From Octopus sinensis (lineage: Eukaryota), in NCBI RefSeq assembly GCF_006345805.1, contig NW_021823989.1, forward strand, positions 1-20,539: a stretch of 20,539 bases of DNA. Reading direction: 5' to 3'. The notes below the pieces were generated by a model. That model was not told the origin of the DNA. It ran no database searches and saw only the letters and a program-made list of their open reading frames with translations. Positions 1-9,333 of this stretch are shown one piece after another. A program made the translations under genes and the position numbers. How positions within the stretch are numbered: the stretch's first letter is position 1; each line of letters opens with the position of its first letter.

Positions 1-37
1 TTATCATATATTATTTTTATTTCTTACCTCTAATCAC

Positions 38-413
38 TTATTTGTTTCAGCCATTAGAATGTGGTCATGCTGGAGCATCGCCTTACAAAATTTTTAGTTG
101 AATGAATCGACGAGAGTATTTAAAGCCTTGTACTTATTTTGTCAGTCTATTATGCTGAACCGCTAAGTTACAGGGATGTTAACTCACCAATACCGGTTGC
201 CAGTTTGTGGTGAGGGACAAACGCAGATACAAAGACACACAAAAATAATTATATGAACATAGGTTTGAGTTGTTTCGTTTCTGTCTTTCAAATCCATTAA
301 CAAGTCTTCGGTCGGCCGAGTTTATAGTAGAAAATATTTGCACTACATTGAGACTGAACCCGGATCCATGTGGTTAGGAAGCAAGCTTCTTACCACACAG
401 TCACGCCTGCACC
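38..413 (-). mobile_element. tRNA-type SINE, family B, diverged copy
   Basis: The reverse complement reads GGTGCAGGCGTGACTGTGTGGTAAGAAGCTTGC...GGTTCAGTCTC (A/B-box-like head), then ...GTAACTTAGCGGTTCAGC...GCGATGCTCCAGCATGACC...GGCTGAAACAAAT. It is collinear with the + strand copy at 726-1178. Confidence 0.85.
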
Positions 414-420
414 TTTGAAC

Positions 421-725
421 ATGGTGATTGAAAAGTAACACCCTATATATTTATAAATTATTTATTTATTGTAATTTTTACAAAAAAGATGGATATGAGA
501 AGAAAGCTTTTAGCATGAGATTTTATTGAAAATTCGGTCACTTTATTAATATCTCACTCCCATGAAAAATTGGGTTATCTCCTCCTCTTAGAATTTGAGT
601 TTATTTGGTGACAAGAGATTGGATTAAAAAGGGTTAGATCCTTTTGATTCAATACTTCAACGCATTGTTGACTTTTGGCTCCCTCGATAGGAATGGTATG
701 ATTATAATAAAAATGTTATTGTATA
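421..725 (+). mobile_element. Partial non-coding copy of the Tc1/mariner-derived element, inverted relative to 1185-1872
   Basis: 424-485 (ATTGAAAAGTAAC...TTATAAATTATTTATT.ATTGTAATTTTT) matches the reverse complement of about 1800-1865. 563-720 (TGAAAAAT.GGGTTATCTC...GTTAGATCCTTT.GAT.CAATACTTCAAC.CATTGTTGACTTTTGG...ATAGGAATGGTATGATT) matches the reverse complement of about 1345-1480. Confidence 0.75.
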
Positions 726-922
726 GGCGCAGGAGTGGCTGTGTAGTAAGTAGCTTACTTACCAGCCACATGGTCTCGGGTTCAGTCCCACAACATGGCA
801 CCTTGGGCAAGTGTCTTCTACTATAGCCTCGGGCCGACCAAAGCCTTGTGGGTGGATTTGGTAGACGGAAGCAGAAAGAAGCCCTTCGTACATATGTATG
901 TATATATGTGTGTGCGTATATG

Positions 923-955
<33 letters not shown>

Positions 956-1178
956 CTGTCTGTGTGTCTGTTTGTCCCCCCCAGCATCGCTTGACAACCG
1001 ATGTTGGTGTGTTTACATCCCCGTAACTTAGCGGTTCGGCAAAAGAGACTAATAGAAAATGTACTAGGCTTACAACGAATAAGCTCTGGGATCGATTTGC
1101 TCGACTATAAAGGTGGTGCTCCAGTATGACCGCAGTCAAATGACTGAAACAAGTTAAAGACTTAAAGAGTAAAGAGAG
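726..1178 (+). mobile_element. tRNA-type SINE, family B, near full length with an internal (TA)/(TG) microsatellite
   Basis: Head GGCGCAGGAGTGGCTGTGTAGTAAG (A-box-like) and GGTTCAGTCCC (B-box-like). ACCTTGGGCAAG at 800-811 resembles the start of the CORE-SINE domain. There is an internal microsatellite at about 890-970 and a short AAAGAG-like tail. Confidence 0.9.
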
Positions 1179-1184
1179 ACTTAG

Positions 1185-1872
1185 TAAGGTGTTCAACTTT
1201 TTCAATTTTCATTTTTATTAATTTTTTCAGTTTTGTCCCACGTTTTACGAGAAATATCGTTAATTTTGGTTATTTCCTTCAGCTAAAAATATTGTATAAC
1301 TCTCAATAAAGCAAAAAAAAAACATCGTTTTGAATCATAATATTTTTATAACAAATCATACCATTCCTATTGAGGGGTCCAAAAGTCAACAATGTGTTGA
1401 AGTATTGGATCGAAAGGATCTAACTCTTTTGTCATAACATTAACTCGATGTTTTAGCGGGGAGATAACCCAGATTTTTCATTCAAAATTCGATATGGGCT
1501 ACAGATGTTGCCACCAGCTTCTAGAGTCGCCCTATAATTGCATCAACTGATTTCCCCAGGAAGTCTTGTTGGGTGGACGACATATATCTTCTCATATTCA
1601 CCCTTCAAGTTCTTCCAAAGTCTTTGGTTCGGTACAGTAGATTTGTTCCTTTAACTAACCCCAAAGAAAGAAGTGACAGAGTGTTAAGTCGGGGCGCCTG
1701 GCTGGTCACTCATGCGGGCCACGACGACACACCCATCTCCTGGGAACAGGCATTCAGCCATTCAAAATTCTCTTACTTCGAAAAAACGAACACAAAAAAT
1801 TTGAGAAAAAATTACAATTAATAAATAATTTATAAGTATTTTAAAATAGGAAGTTACTTTTCAATAACCCTG
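1185..1872 (-). mobile_element. Tc1/mariner (IS630-Tc1-mariner) internal-deletion derivative
   Basis: One end reads TA-CAGGGTTATTGAAAAGTAAC on the minus strand, a TA target followed by a CAGGGT.. terminus. It carries a transposase relic at 1482-1776. The left boundary near 1185 (TAAGGTGTTCAAC) is approximate. Confidence 0.8.
1482..1776 (-). pseudogene. Decayed Tc1/mariner transposase C-terminus
   Basis: Manual translation across stops and frameshifts gives VRE.WLNA.FPG/RWVCRRGPHE*PARRPDLTLCHFFLWG*LKEQIYCTEPKTLEELEG*I.../QQDFLGKSVDAIIGRL*KLVATSVAHIEF*. This matches the established W-P-x-R-S-P-D-L-T-P-x-D-F-F-L-W-G-Y-L-K motif region of ITm transposases. Confidence 0.9.
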
Positions 1873-1929
1873 TATATTAGAAAACATATTAAATTATATA
1901 TTACATTGCATTCTTATATAAAATATTAT

Positions 1930-2060
1930 AAGACAGCGAGATTCTAGAATCGTCAGTGCGTCGAACAAAATATGTAGTGGTGTTTCTTTGGGCGTATTTC
2001 CGACCTCGAATTTGCCTTTCATCTTTTCAAGATCGAGAAAATAAAGTCGCATTCAAGTCT
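1930..2060 (+). mobile_element. Highly degenerate SINE family A fragment
   Basis: GACAGCGAG..CTAGAATCGTCAG and CCGACCTCGAATTTGCCTTTCATCTTTTCAAGATCGA resemble the head and body of the adjacent family A copies. Confidence 0.55.
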
Positions 2061-2127
2061 GAAGGTGGCTCGTAAAATAGAATTTGTATCCCCTGTCAAC
2101 CTCATCTTAGTAACATTTTGTATCTGT

Positions 2128-2346
2128 AAGGCGGCGAGCTAGCAGAAACGTTAGCACGCCGGGCGAAATGCTTAGCGGTATTTCGTCTGCCGCTACGTTC
2201 TGAGTTCAAATTCCGCCGAGGTCGACTTTGCCTTTCATCCTTTCGGGTTCGATTAAATAAGTACCAGTTACGCACTGGGGTCGGTATAATCGAATGGACT
2301 CCTACCCCAAAATTTCGGGCCTTGTGCCTAGAGTAGGAAAGAATAT
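2128..2346 (+). mobile_element. SINE family A (tail type ii)
   Basis: AAGGCGGCGAGCTAGCAGAAACGTTAGCACGCC (A-box-like) ... GAGTTCAAATTCC (B-box-like) ... GTCGACTTTGCCTTTCATCCTTTCGG. Tail CCCCAAAATTTCGGGCCTTGTGCCTAGAGTAG. Homologous copies occur at 2361, 4983, 8963 and 15820. Confidence 0.9.
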
Positions 2347-2360
2347 TTATAAACCATGAT

Positions 2361-2570
2361 GGCGGCGAGCTGGCAGAATCGTTAGCACGACGAGCAAACT
2401 GCTTAGCGGCATTTCGTCAATCTTTTGTCCCGAGTTCAAATTCCGCTGAGATCGATTTTGTATTTCATCTTTCCGGGGTCGATAAAGGAAGTCCCAGTTG
2501 AACACTGAGGTCGATGTAATTGAGTTATCCTCTTCTTCGAAACTGCGGGCGTTGTACCAAAATTTGAAAT
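2361..2570 (+). mobile_element. SINE family A (tail type iii), head-to-tail behind the previous copy
   Basis: Same head and body (GGCGGCGAGCTGGCAGAATCGTTAGC...GAGTTCAAATTCCGC), with the tail ending TTGTACCAAAATTTGAAAT. Confidence 0.88.
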
Positions 2571-2896
2571 CTCTCTCTGTCTCTTTCTCCCCCTCTCTCT
2601 CTCTCCTTTATCTGTCTATCAGTTTGTCAGTCTATTTATCTATATATTGGTCTGTCTGTCTTCTATCTATCTATCTATCTATCTATCTATATATATCCAC
2701 CTATCTACCTGTCTGTCTGTTTATCTATCTATATACATATATGTGTGTGTGTGTGTGTCGACCTATCTATCTATCTGTATATCTATTTGTCTATCTATCT
2801 ACTTATCTATTTATCTGTCTGTCTATCTGTCTATCTCAATCTATCATTCTATCTTTCCATCTCTCTAGATATACATGTAGGTATGTATGTATTCAC

Positions 2897-2947
<51 letters not shown>

Positions 2948-3065
2948 TACGCAGCTTAGTATGTGGTATATATACATAATATGTACGAACATATAAACAC
3001 ATGGACACTACTTCTCCATCCACATACACATTCATGAACAGAAACTCATTTACACACATACACAC
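2571..3065. repeat. Compound microsatellite (CT)/(CTAT,CTGT)/(GT)/(TA)/(CA)
   Basis: Directly visible tandem di- and tetranucleotide runs. Confidence 0.95.
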
Positions 3066-3150
3066 ACTGAATTATTCCTTATGTTTTTGAAATAAAATCT
3101 CATATAACAGCAAATAAGCTAAAACATAATAGAACATCTTTAACGACTAT

Positions 3151-3400
3151 ATGATTAACAGAGAGCTTAGCTATCGTTCGACGGCGTCACAGAAGACGGA
3201 GGCTGCAACAGGGATGCTGAGGGCGGTGGTGATAATGGCGCGTGTTTTTGGTGGGTCCATGGGAAACGAGACGAGTTTGACAGGGCGAGAAAGCTTTCGT
3301 ACGTATAATGTTTTATTTAGTTTAATGATGGCGGAAGGTGATACAATGATCGCACGCGACCGACTCGAGGCATCACCTAAATATATCTCTTTGTATATCT
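3151..3400. other. Unique GC-richer island, candidate exon (strand unresolved)
   Basis: Non-repetitive island between microsatellites with several open frames: + 3151-3420, + 3171-3308 after AG, and - 3171 to about 3380. No recognisable homology. Confidence 0.3.
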
Positions 3401-3424
3401 TTGTATACTTCCGTGTGTGAAGTC

Positions 3425-3695
3425 TCATATGGGTACATACGCACGTACGTACGTGCGTACGTATGTATGTATGTATGTATGTATGTATGTATGTATGTAT
3501 GTATGTATGTATGTATGTATGTATGTATGTATGTATGTATGCGTGTATGTATGTGTGTATACATGCATGCAAACATTTATGTATATATACATGAATGTAT
3601 GCATGTATGTATATATGTATATATGTATTATGTACATATGTATGTACGTGCATATGCATCCATGTATGTATGTCCCTCTTTCTCTCTCTCTCTCC

Positions 3696-3726
<31 letters not shown>

Positions 3727-3813
3727 CATACATACATATATCTATATATATATTATATATATATAATATATATATATATATGTATATACATATGTATTAT
3801 ATATATATATATC

Positions 3814-3887
<74 letters not shown>

Positions 3888-3980
3888 AGCATTCAAAATA
3901 TATGTAATGTATTGTATTTATGTATATATATGTATATTGATATATATATATATTATATATATATTATATATATATATAGT
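3425..3980. repeat. (GTAT)n, (CT)n and long imperfect (TA)n microsatellite block
   Basis: Directly visible. Confidence 0.95.
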
Positions 3981-4063
3981 GTAAAACGGCGATGATGTAA
4001 CTTCCACTAACTGGGTAGATAGGAATGAGTTGAACCTCGTAAATGGCGAGATAGATAGAAATG

Positions 4064-4117
<54 letters not shown>

Positions 4118-4209
4118 TGTGCTTCTTATTCTGAATATATATATATATATTTCGTTTTGGGGTTTGGTTTGCCAGATTCTTTATATGAGTTCGTGTGTTG
4201 AAGCATATT

Positions 4210-4384
4210 CTGTTGTGTCTTGGGAGAGTCATTTTCTATTTGTGCCTTATAATATAACACACTCACCGGTAAAATTTCCGAAAAATTTTAGGAAAATAGA
4301 AATAAGAAAAAAGTGGAAATTTTACCGGTGAGTGTGTTATATTATAAGACCCAAAAAGAAAATGACTCACCCCAGACACAACAG
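4210..4384. mobile_element. MITE-like element with about 70-bp terminal inverted repeats
   Basis: Arms 4210-4279 and 4315-4384 are inverted copies. The inner 34 bp (4246-4279 / 4315-4348) are perfectly complementary, with a 35-bp spacer. The right end is ...GACACAACAG followed by TA, consistent with a TA target (Tc1/mariner-type MITE). Confidence 0.85.
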
Positions 4385-4420
<36 letters not shown>

Positions 4421-4718
4421 ACATATATATTAATTTTAGCATTTTATGTTGATTCGTAATACGAACAATGTAACGTTAAGATGAAGAATTACGCAATACT
4501 TTTTTGTAGAGTATATATATATATATCATACTTTTCCAAGAAGAGGGTTGACAAGAACTTCAATATATATATATATGTGTATATGTGTGTGCGTGTGGGG
4601 GGGTATTATAAACTGTATTGAGAAAATGATAGAGGAGAGAAAAGAACCGGCTTAAAGAACAAACTTCAGAGCTCTTTGTAGTATTGAGTACGACTACCTG
4701 CGCATTTCTATCTATCTA

Positions 4719-4800
<82 letters not shown>
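4385..4800. repeat. Interrupted (TA)n, (TG)n, (CT)n and (CTAT)n microsatellites
   Basis: Directly visible; the (CTAT)n GATA-type run is at about 4740-4800. Confidence 0.9.
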
Positions 4801-4801
<1 letters not shown>

Positions 4802-4982
4802 GTTTCAATGGCCCCGTTTTTGAGGTTGTGTGTGATATACTTTGCATATACAGCGTGGCTTGAAAGAAAGCCCTAGAATATCTGTGATGGATCAAAAACG
4901 TCCATTGCACCTCCGTCTTTTACTAAATATATCTTATTGTTTGTTTCAATAATAATAATAATGATCGTAATGATGAAAACAA

Positions 4983-5348
4983 CCCTTTCTACTGTAGGCA
5001 CAAACCTGAAATTCCTTTTTGTTCGGAGTGGACCAGTCGATTACATCGACCTCGGCGGCATTTGAACTCAGAACACGAAGACAGACGAAATACCTAATTC
5101 TTTATTACCCACCGGGGCTAAATACAGAGGGGACAAACAAGGACAGACAAACGGTTTAAGTCGATTGTGGGCAGGGGACTAGTAAATTACATCGACCACA
5201 GTGCGTAACTGGTCTTTAATTTATCGACCCTGAAATGATGAAAGGCAAAGTCGACCTCGGCGGAATTTGGACTCAGAACGTAACGGCAGACGAAATACGG
5301 CTGCACATTTCGCCCAGCGTGCTAACGTTTCTGCCAGCTCGCCGTCTT
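4983..5348 (-). mobile_element. SINE family A, internally duplicated (dimer-like) form
   Basis: The minus strand reads head, body, then tail i (AATCGACTTAAACCGTTTGTCTGTCC...AAAGAATTAGG), then a second body (TATTTCGTCTG...GAGTTCAAATGCCGCCGAGGTCGAT, internally deleted), then tail ii (TTTCAGGTTTGTGCCTACAGTAGAAAGG). Confidence 0.88.
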
Positions 5349-5351
5349 TAA

Positions 5352-5385
5352 ATAGTAATAATAGCACTACTACTACTACTACTAC

Positions 5386-5419
<34 letters not shown>

Positions 5420-5660
5420 TTTCAACTAGCAATTAATAAATCGTCATTGGTCACAAGCTCAAACTAAAAACAATGAAGGACGATACAGAACAAGAGAGAA
5501 AAAGAAGAGAAGAAGAAGAAGAAGAAGAAGAAGAAGAAGAAGAAGAAGAAGAAGAAGAAGAAGAGAAAAAGAAGAAGAAGAAGAAGAAGGAGAAGAAGAA
5601 GAACAACCACAACAGCAGCAGCAGCAACAACAACAACAACAACAACAATAAGAAGAACAA
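5352..5660. repeat. Compound trinucleotide repeats (ACT)(AAT) and (GAA)(AAG)(AAC/AGC)
   Basis: Directly visible; these explain the poly-T/N/E/K/L/S ORFs in the track. Confidence 0.95.
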
Positions 5661-6039
5661 AAACGAAAATATAAAGAACTGTATGACAGCAACCATCTTT
5701 GTTTTGATAAGAACAAATAGATTTGCGGATGTAGGACTTGGGGTGGGCGAGAGAGGGAGATCGTCAGGATGTGTGATATGATGTCGACCCAAATGAAATG
5801 GAGAGTAAGCGATGATGGGGTGGGGCCTACTCTACCCCCATGACTATCCCTACACCAGCCTGTGCTTCATACCCCGTTATATTGGTGTGTCTAAGAGTGA
5901 ATTCATTGCCCTTTTTTTCCATGTGATATATGTATGTAGCCGGCGGTTACTCTCAGAATCATCCGTCATTCGGTCCCGGATTTGGGATCTTCCGGCTGAG
6001 GGTTCAAATTATGGGTTTGAAGTTTGCTTGTCCCCCTTT

Positions 6040-6148
6040 TAATGTATGTATGGGTGTGTTTATGTATGTATATATGCATGTATATATGCACGTATCTAAG
6101 CATCTATGTTTGTGTTTTATGTATGCATGCATATCCATCCATCCATCC

Positions 6149-6226
<78 letters not shown>

Positions 6227-6720
6227 TTCTGTATATATGTGTATGTGTATGCGTCTATGTCGCTTTTATTTTTTCATGTGTATATGTATGTATATATGTA
6301 TATTTACCTACGTATATGTATGTATGTATGTATATATGTATGTATGTATGCATATTTACCTATGCGTATGCATGTATGTATTATGGATTTATGTGTCTAT
6401 ATATATATGACTCCCTAGCTCTACAACTAGTTTCAGTTCGGAAGCTGCGGCCATGCTGGGGCACCACCATTATATGTATGTATGCATGTATGTGTGTGTA
6501 AATGTGGTCATATATGTGTCTATTTGCGTATGTTAGAATCTTCCGGTTAGGGGTTTAAATTACAGATTAGGTGGATGTGTATGTTATGCAAGTGTAAGTG
6601 TGTGTGAATGTGTGTGTTGATGTGTATTTGTGGGTGTGTGTTGTGTTCTGAAATCGGTGTTATTGGAGAATATCGTGTGTGCATATGTGTGTGTGTATGT
6701 GCATGTGTGTGTGTGTGAGA
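6040..6720. repeat. (TATG)/(CCAT)/(CTAT)/(TG) microsatellite mosaic
   Basis: Directly visible. It includes a short family-B-like 3' fragment at about 6425-6468, which reads GGTGCCCCAGCATGGCCGCAG on the minus strand. Confidence 0.9.
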
Positions 6721-6804
6721 CTGCGCGAGCGAATTGATGCCTACGTCCGTACATGCACGTGTCTAAAAGTTCGCTTCTTGTAATTTGCAGCTGATTGTAA
6801 ATAT

Positions 6805-7062
6805 TCATCACCACCACCACCACCACCACCACCACCACCACCACCACTGTCATCATCATCATAGTCAACACGATCACCGCCTCCGCCGCCAACACCACCA
6901 TCATCACTCTCATCATCATCGTCATCATCATCGTCATTTTCACCATCGTTGTTTTCATCACCGCCATTATCACTATTGTCGCCGCCACCGCCGCTGCTGC
7001 TGCTCCTGCTCTACATCCTCCTCCTCCTCCTCCTCCTCCTACTACTACTACTACTACTACTA
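6805..7062. repeat. Degenerate trinucleotide tract (CAC/CAT/CGC/TGC/TCC/TAC)
   Basis: In-register trinucleotide units that change stepwise. Confidence 0.9.
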
Positions 7063-7144
7063 CATACGCATTTCGGTCTTTCTCTCATCTAACCTGTAAT
7101 TTCGATCATTCGCAAATTCATACGAGGCAGTTGATGGTGGAATT

Positions 7145-7147
<3 letters not shown>

Positions 7148-7182
<35 letters not shown>

Positions 7183-7450
7183 ATGCGTCTGTGTACATGT
7201 ATATATATATATATACCCCACTTTACATACACACACACACACATATATATATATATTTATATATAAACATATATAAGTATTATACATATATATATGTACA
7301 TAATAGTATATATAAATATATGCTTATTATTTATATCCATATATGTATGTATGTATATATATATATATATATATATATCCATAAACCTATATATACACAC
7401 ATACACACAAATACAATATATATATATATATATATATATAATTATTACTG
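7148..7450. repeat. (GT)/(TA)/(CA) microsatellite block
   Basis: Directly visible. Confidence 0.95.
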
Positions 7451-7511
7451 TGTGTCTCCGTTCACACTGAAAGACAATGTCTGATAATTAAAGCACAAAA
7501 AAGTGATCTGA

Positions 7512-7581
7512 GTCACGTGGGATGCGTGCGTGTGTAACCCATACGTCACTTCCACCACTTCCGGGACTTCGACTACTTCCG
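7512..7581. promoter_or_regulatory. Promoter-like cluster: E-box, CRE half-site overlapping an ETS site, and four ETS-type cores
   Basis: GTCACGTGG at 7512-7520. TACGTCACTTCC at 7542-7553, which reads GGAAGTGACGTA on the minus strand. ACTTC(C/G) begins at 7548, 7557, 7566 and 7575. The region is locally CpG-rich. Function is inferred. Confidence 0.45.
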
Positions 7582-7859
7582 ATCAGATAATCACGAACAG
7601 CGAGAAACATACAATAAACTTTTAGTCCAAGTCGATCATGGCCAAATTACATTTCGAATCTACTGCTCCGTCTTCAGCTGTTGTTGTTGTTGTTATTGTT
7701 TTTGCTGCTGCTAATGTTGTTTTGCCGTTGTTGTTGTTGTTTTTGCTATTTAGTACCGTTTCGGTCTTTATTGAATTTTTCTACCATCAAAGATAATTAT
7801 AGCTGCACTAAGTCCAGTGGGTCACATCACCTAGGTTCCTCCCCCATCTCTCTGCGCCT

Positions 7860-7926
7860 CCCCCTCACTCACTCGTGCATTTACTCACGCACTCACTCCC
7901 TGTATATTTATCTCACCCTCTCTCCA

Positions 7927-7987
<61 letters not shown>

Positions 7988-8250
7988 GTCTATCTGTCTG
8001 TCTGCCTGTCTGTCTGCCTGTCTATCTATCTATCCATCTATCTGTCCATTTTTTTCTATCTCTCGATTTTCTCCCTCATTTTATCTCCCTCTCACTCACT
8101 CACTCACTCACACTATATCTATCGTTTTCTCTCTCACCCTGGCTCCATCTCTATTAATCTTTCCCACTCTACCTCTCCATTTTTCACTCAATCTCTCCAT
8201 TTCTCTCTCTGTCTCTTTCTCTCTCTCACTCTCTCTCTCATTCACTTTCT
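7860..8250. repeat. (CACT)/(CTAT)/(CTGT)/(CT) microsatellite mosaic
   Basis: Directly visible. Confidence 0.9.
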
Positions 8251-8478
8251 GTCTCTGTGCCTTGTCCAGGAATCGAAACCATGATATTACAATTGTATGT
8301 ACAATATCCTAATCACTTGGCAACGTGTCCTCGTTTCAACGTTCTCAAAATGCAAGACAAGCGAGTCATTAAAAGGGAGCAGAAATACTTCATTTGAGAG
8401 GTGTTCAAAGTGTTATAAAACGTTTTGTATTACGGCTTATTTGGACCTTATATGAATCATGTGTTCCCAGATACTTAA

Positions 8479-9237
8479 CCCTTTGCCTGTCCAAAGCATT
8501 TCCATAAGCTTGTCCTAAACGTCAATCCCTGTTTTCAGCCTTTCAGTTTGCCCATTGTTACATAGGTTCTGAATAATGTAAAGCTTCCCTTTAATAACTC
8601 CCAAGTTATTCAAATGGCTGAAATGAAATTGGGATGTATATTGTATGTGATGGAAGGATGCGAGGAGAATATTTCCTGTGTATCATCTGCGATACGATTG
8701 ACTATTCTACATGGTTGTGTGTCTGGATATATAAATCACTACCCGTTTAACCCTTACCCTGTTAGAATCCTTTTCAAAAGTTTGTCCTGTATGTGTATGT
8801 TTGTTTTCAGCATTTTAATTAACCCTTGTTTCATTCGTACTGAATAATATAAAACCTTCATTCATGACTCCCAAGTTACACTCTGGTGGTTGAAAAAATT
8901 TGGAGATATGTATCCTGTATGTTGCATCGTATATGTATCTCTTATATGGCTGCCAGGGGGATATACCTATTTCTTTACTGCCCACAAGGGGCTAAACACA
9001 GAAGGGACAAACAAGGACAGACAAACGGATTAAGTCGATTATATCGACTCCAGTGCGTAACTGGTACTTATTTAATCGACCCCGAAAGGATGAAAGGCAA
9101 AGTCGACCTCGGCGGAATTTGGACCCAGAACGTAACGGCAGACGAAATATTGCTAAGCATTTCGCTAGGCGTGCTAACGTTTCTGCCAGCTCGCCGCCTT
9201 TAGTGCATTAGATGTGATGTACAAGTCTGGCAAAGGG
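8479..9237. mobile_element. Putative non-autonomous piggyBac-like element with a nested SINE
   Basis: Left end TTAA|CCCTTTGCCTGTC (TTAA at 8475-8478) and right end GTCTGGCAAAGGG|TTGA (9238-9241) are inverted CCCTTTGCC termini with TTAA-like flanks. There is an internal direct repeat (TGAATAAT.TAAA.C.TTC...ACTCCCAAGTTA) at about 8572 and 8840. Confidence 0.5.
8963..9201 (-). mobile_element. SINE family A (tail type i)
   Basis: The minus strand reads AAGGCGGCGAGCTGGCAGAAACGTTAGCACGCC...GGTCCAAATTCCGCCGAGGTCGACTTTGCC...AATCGACTTAATCCGTTTGTCTGTCCTTG...AAAGAAATAGGTAT. Confidence 0.92.
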
Positions 9238-9333
9238 TTGAATCTGTTGTTGTGGATCCATGATTGAAAAGATATGACTGTGATGTCATCTACAAATGTA
9301 TGTCTGTGGCTATCTGGTTGTTCTGGGTTTACT

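Noticed and set aside
644-1205. ORFs over 644-1205, and similarly 8886-9203, 10424-10753 and 16093-16669
   Set aside because: They lie within SINE copies, and the frames are not preserved between copies.
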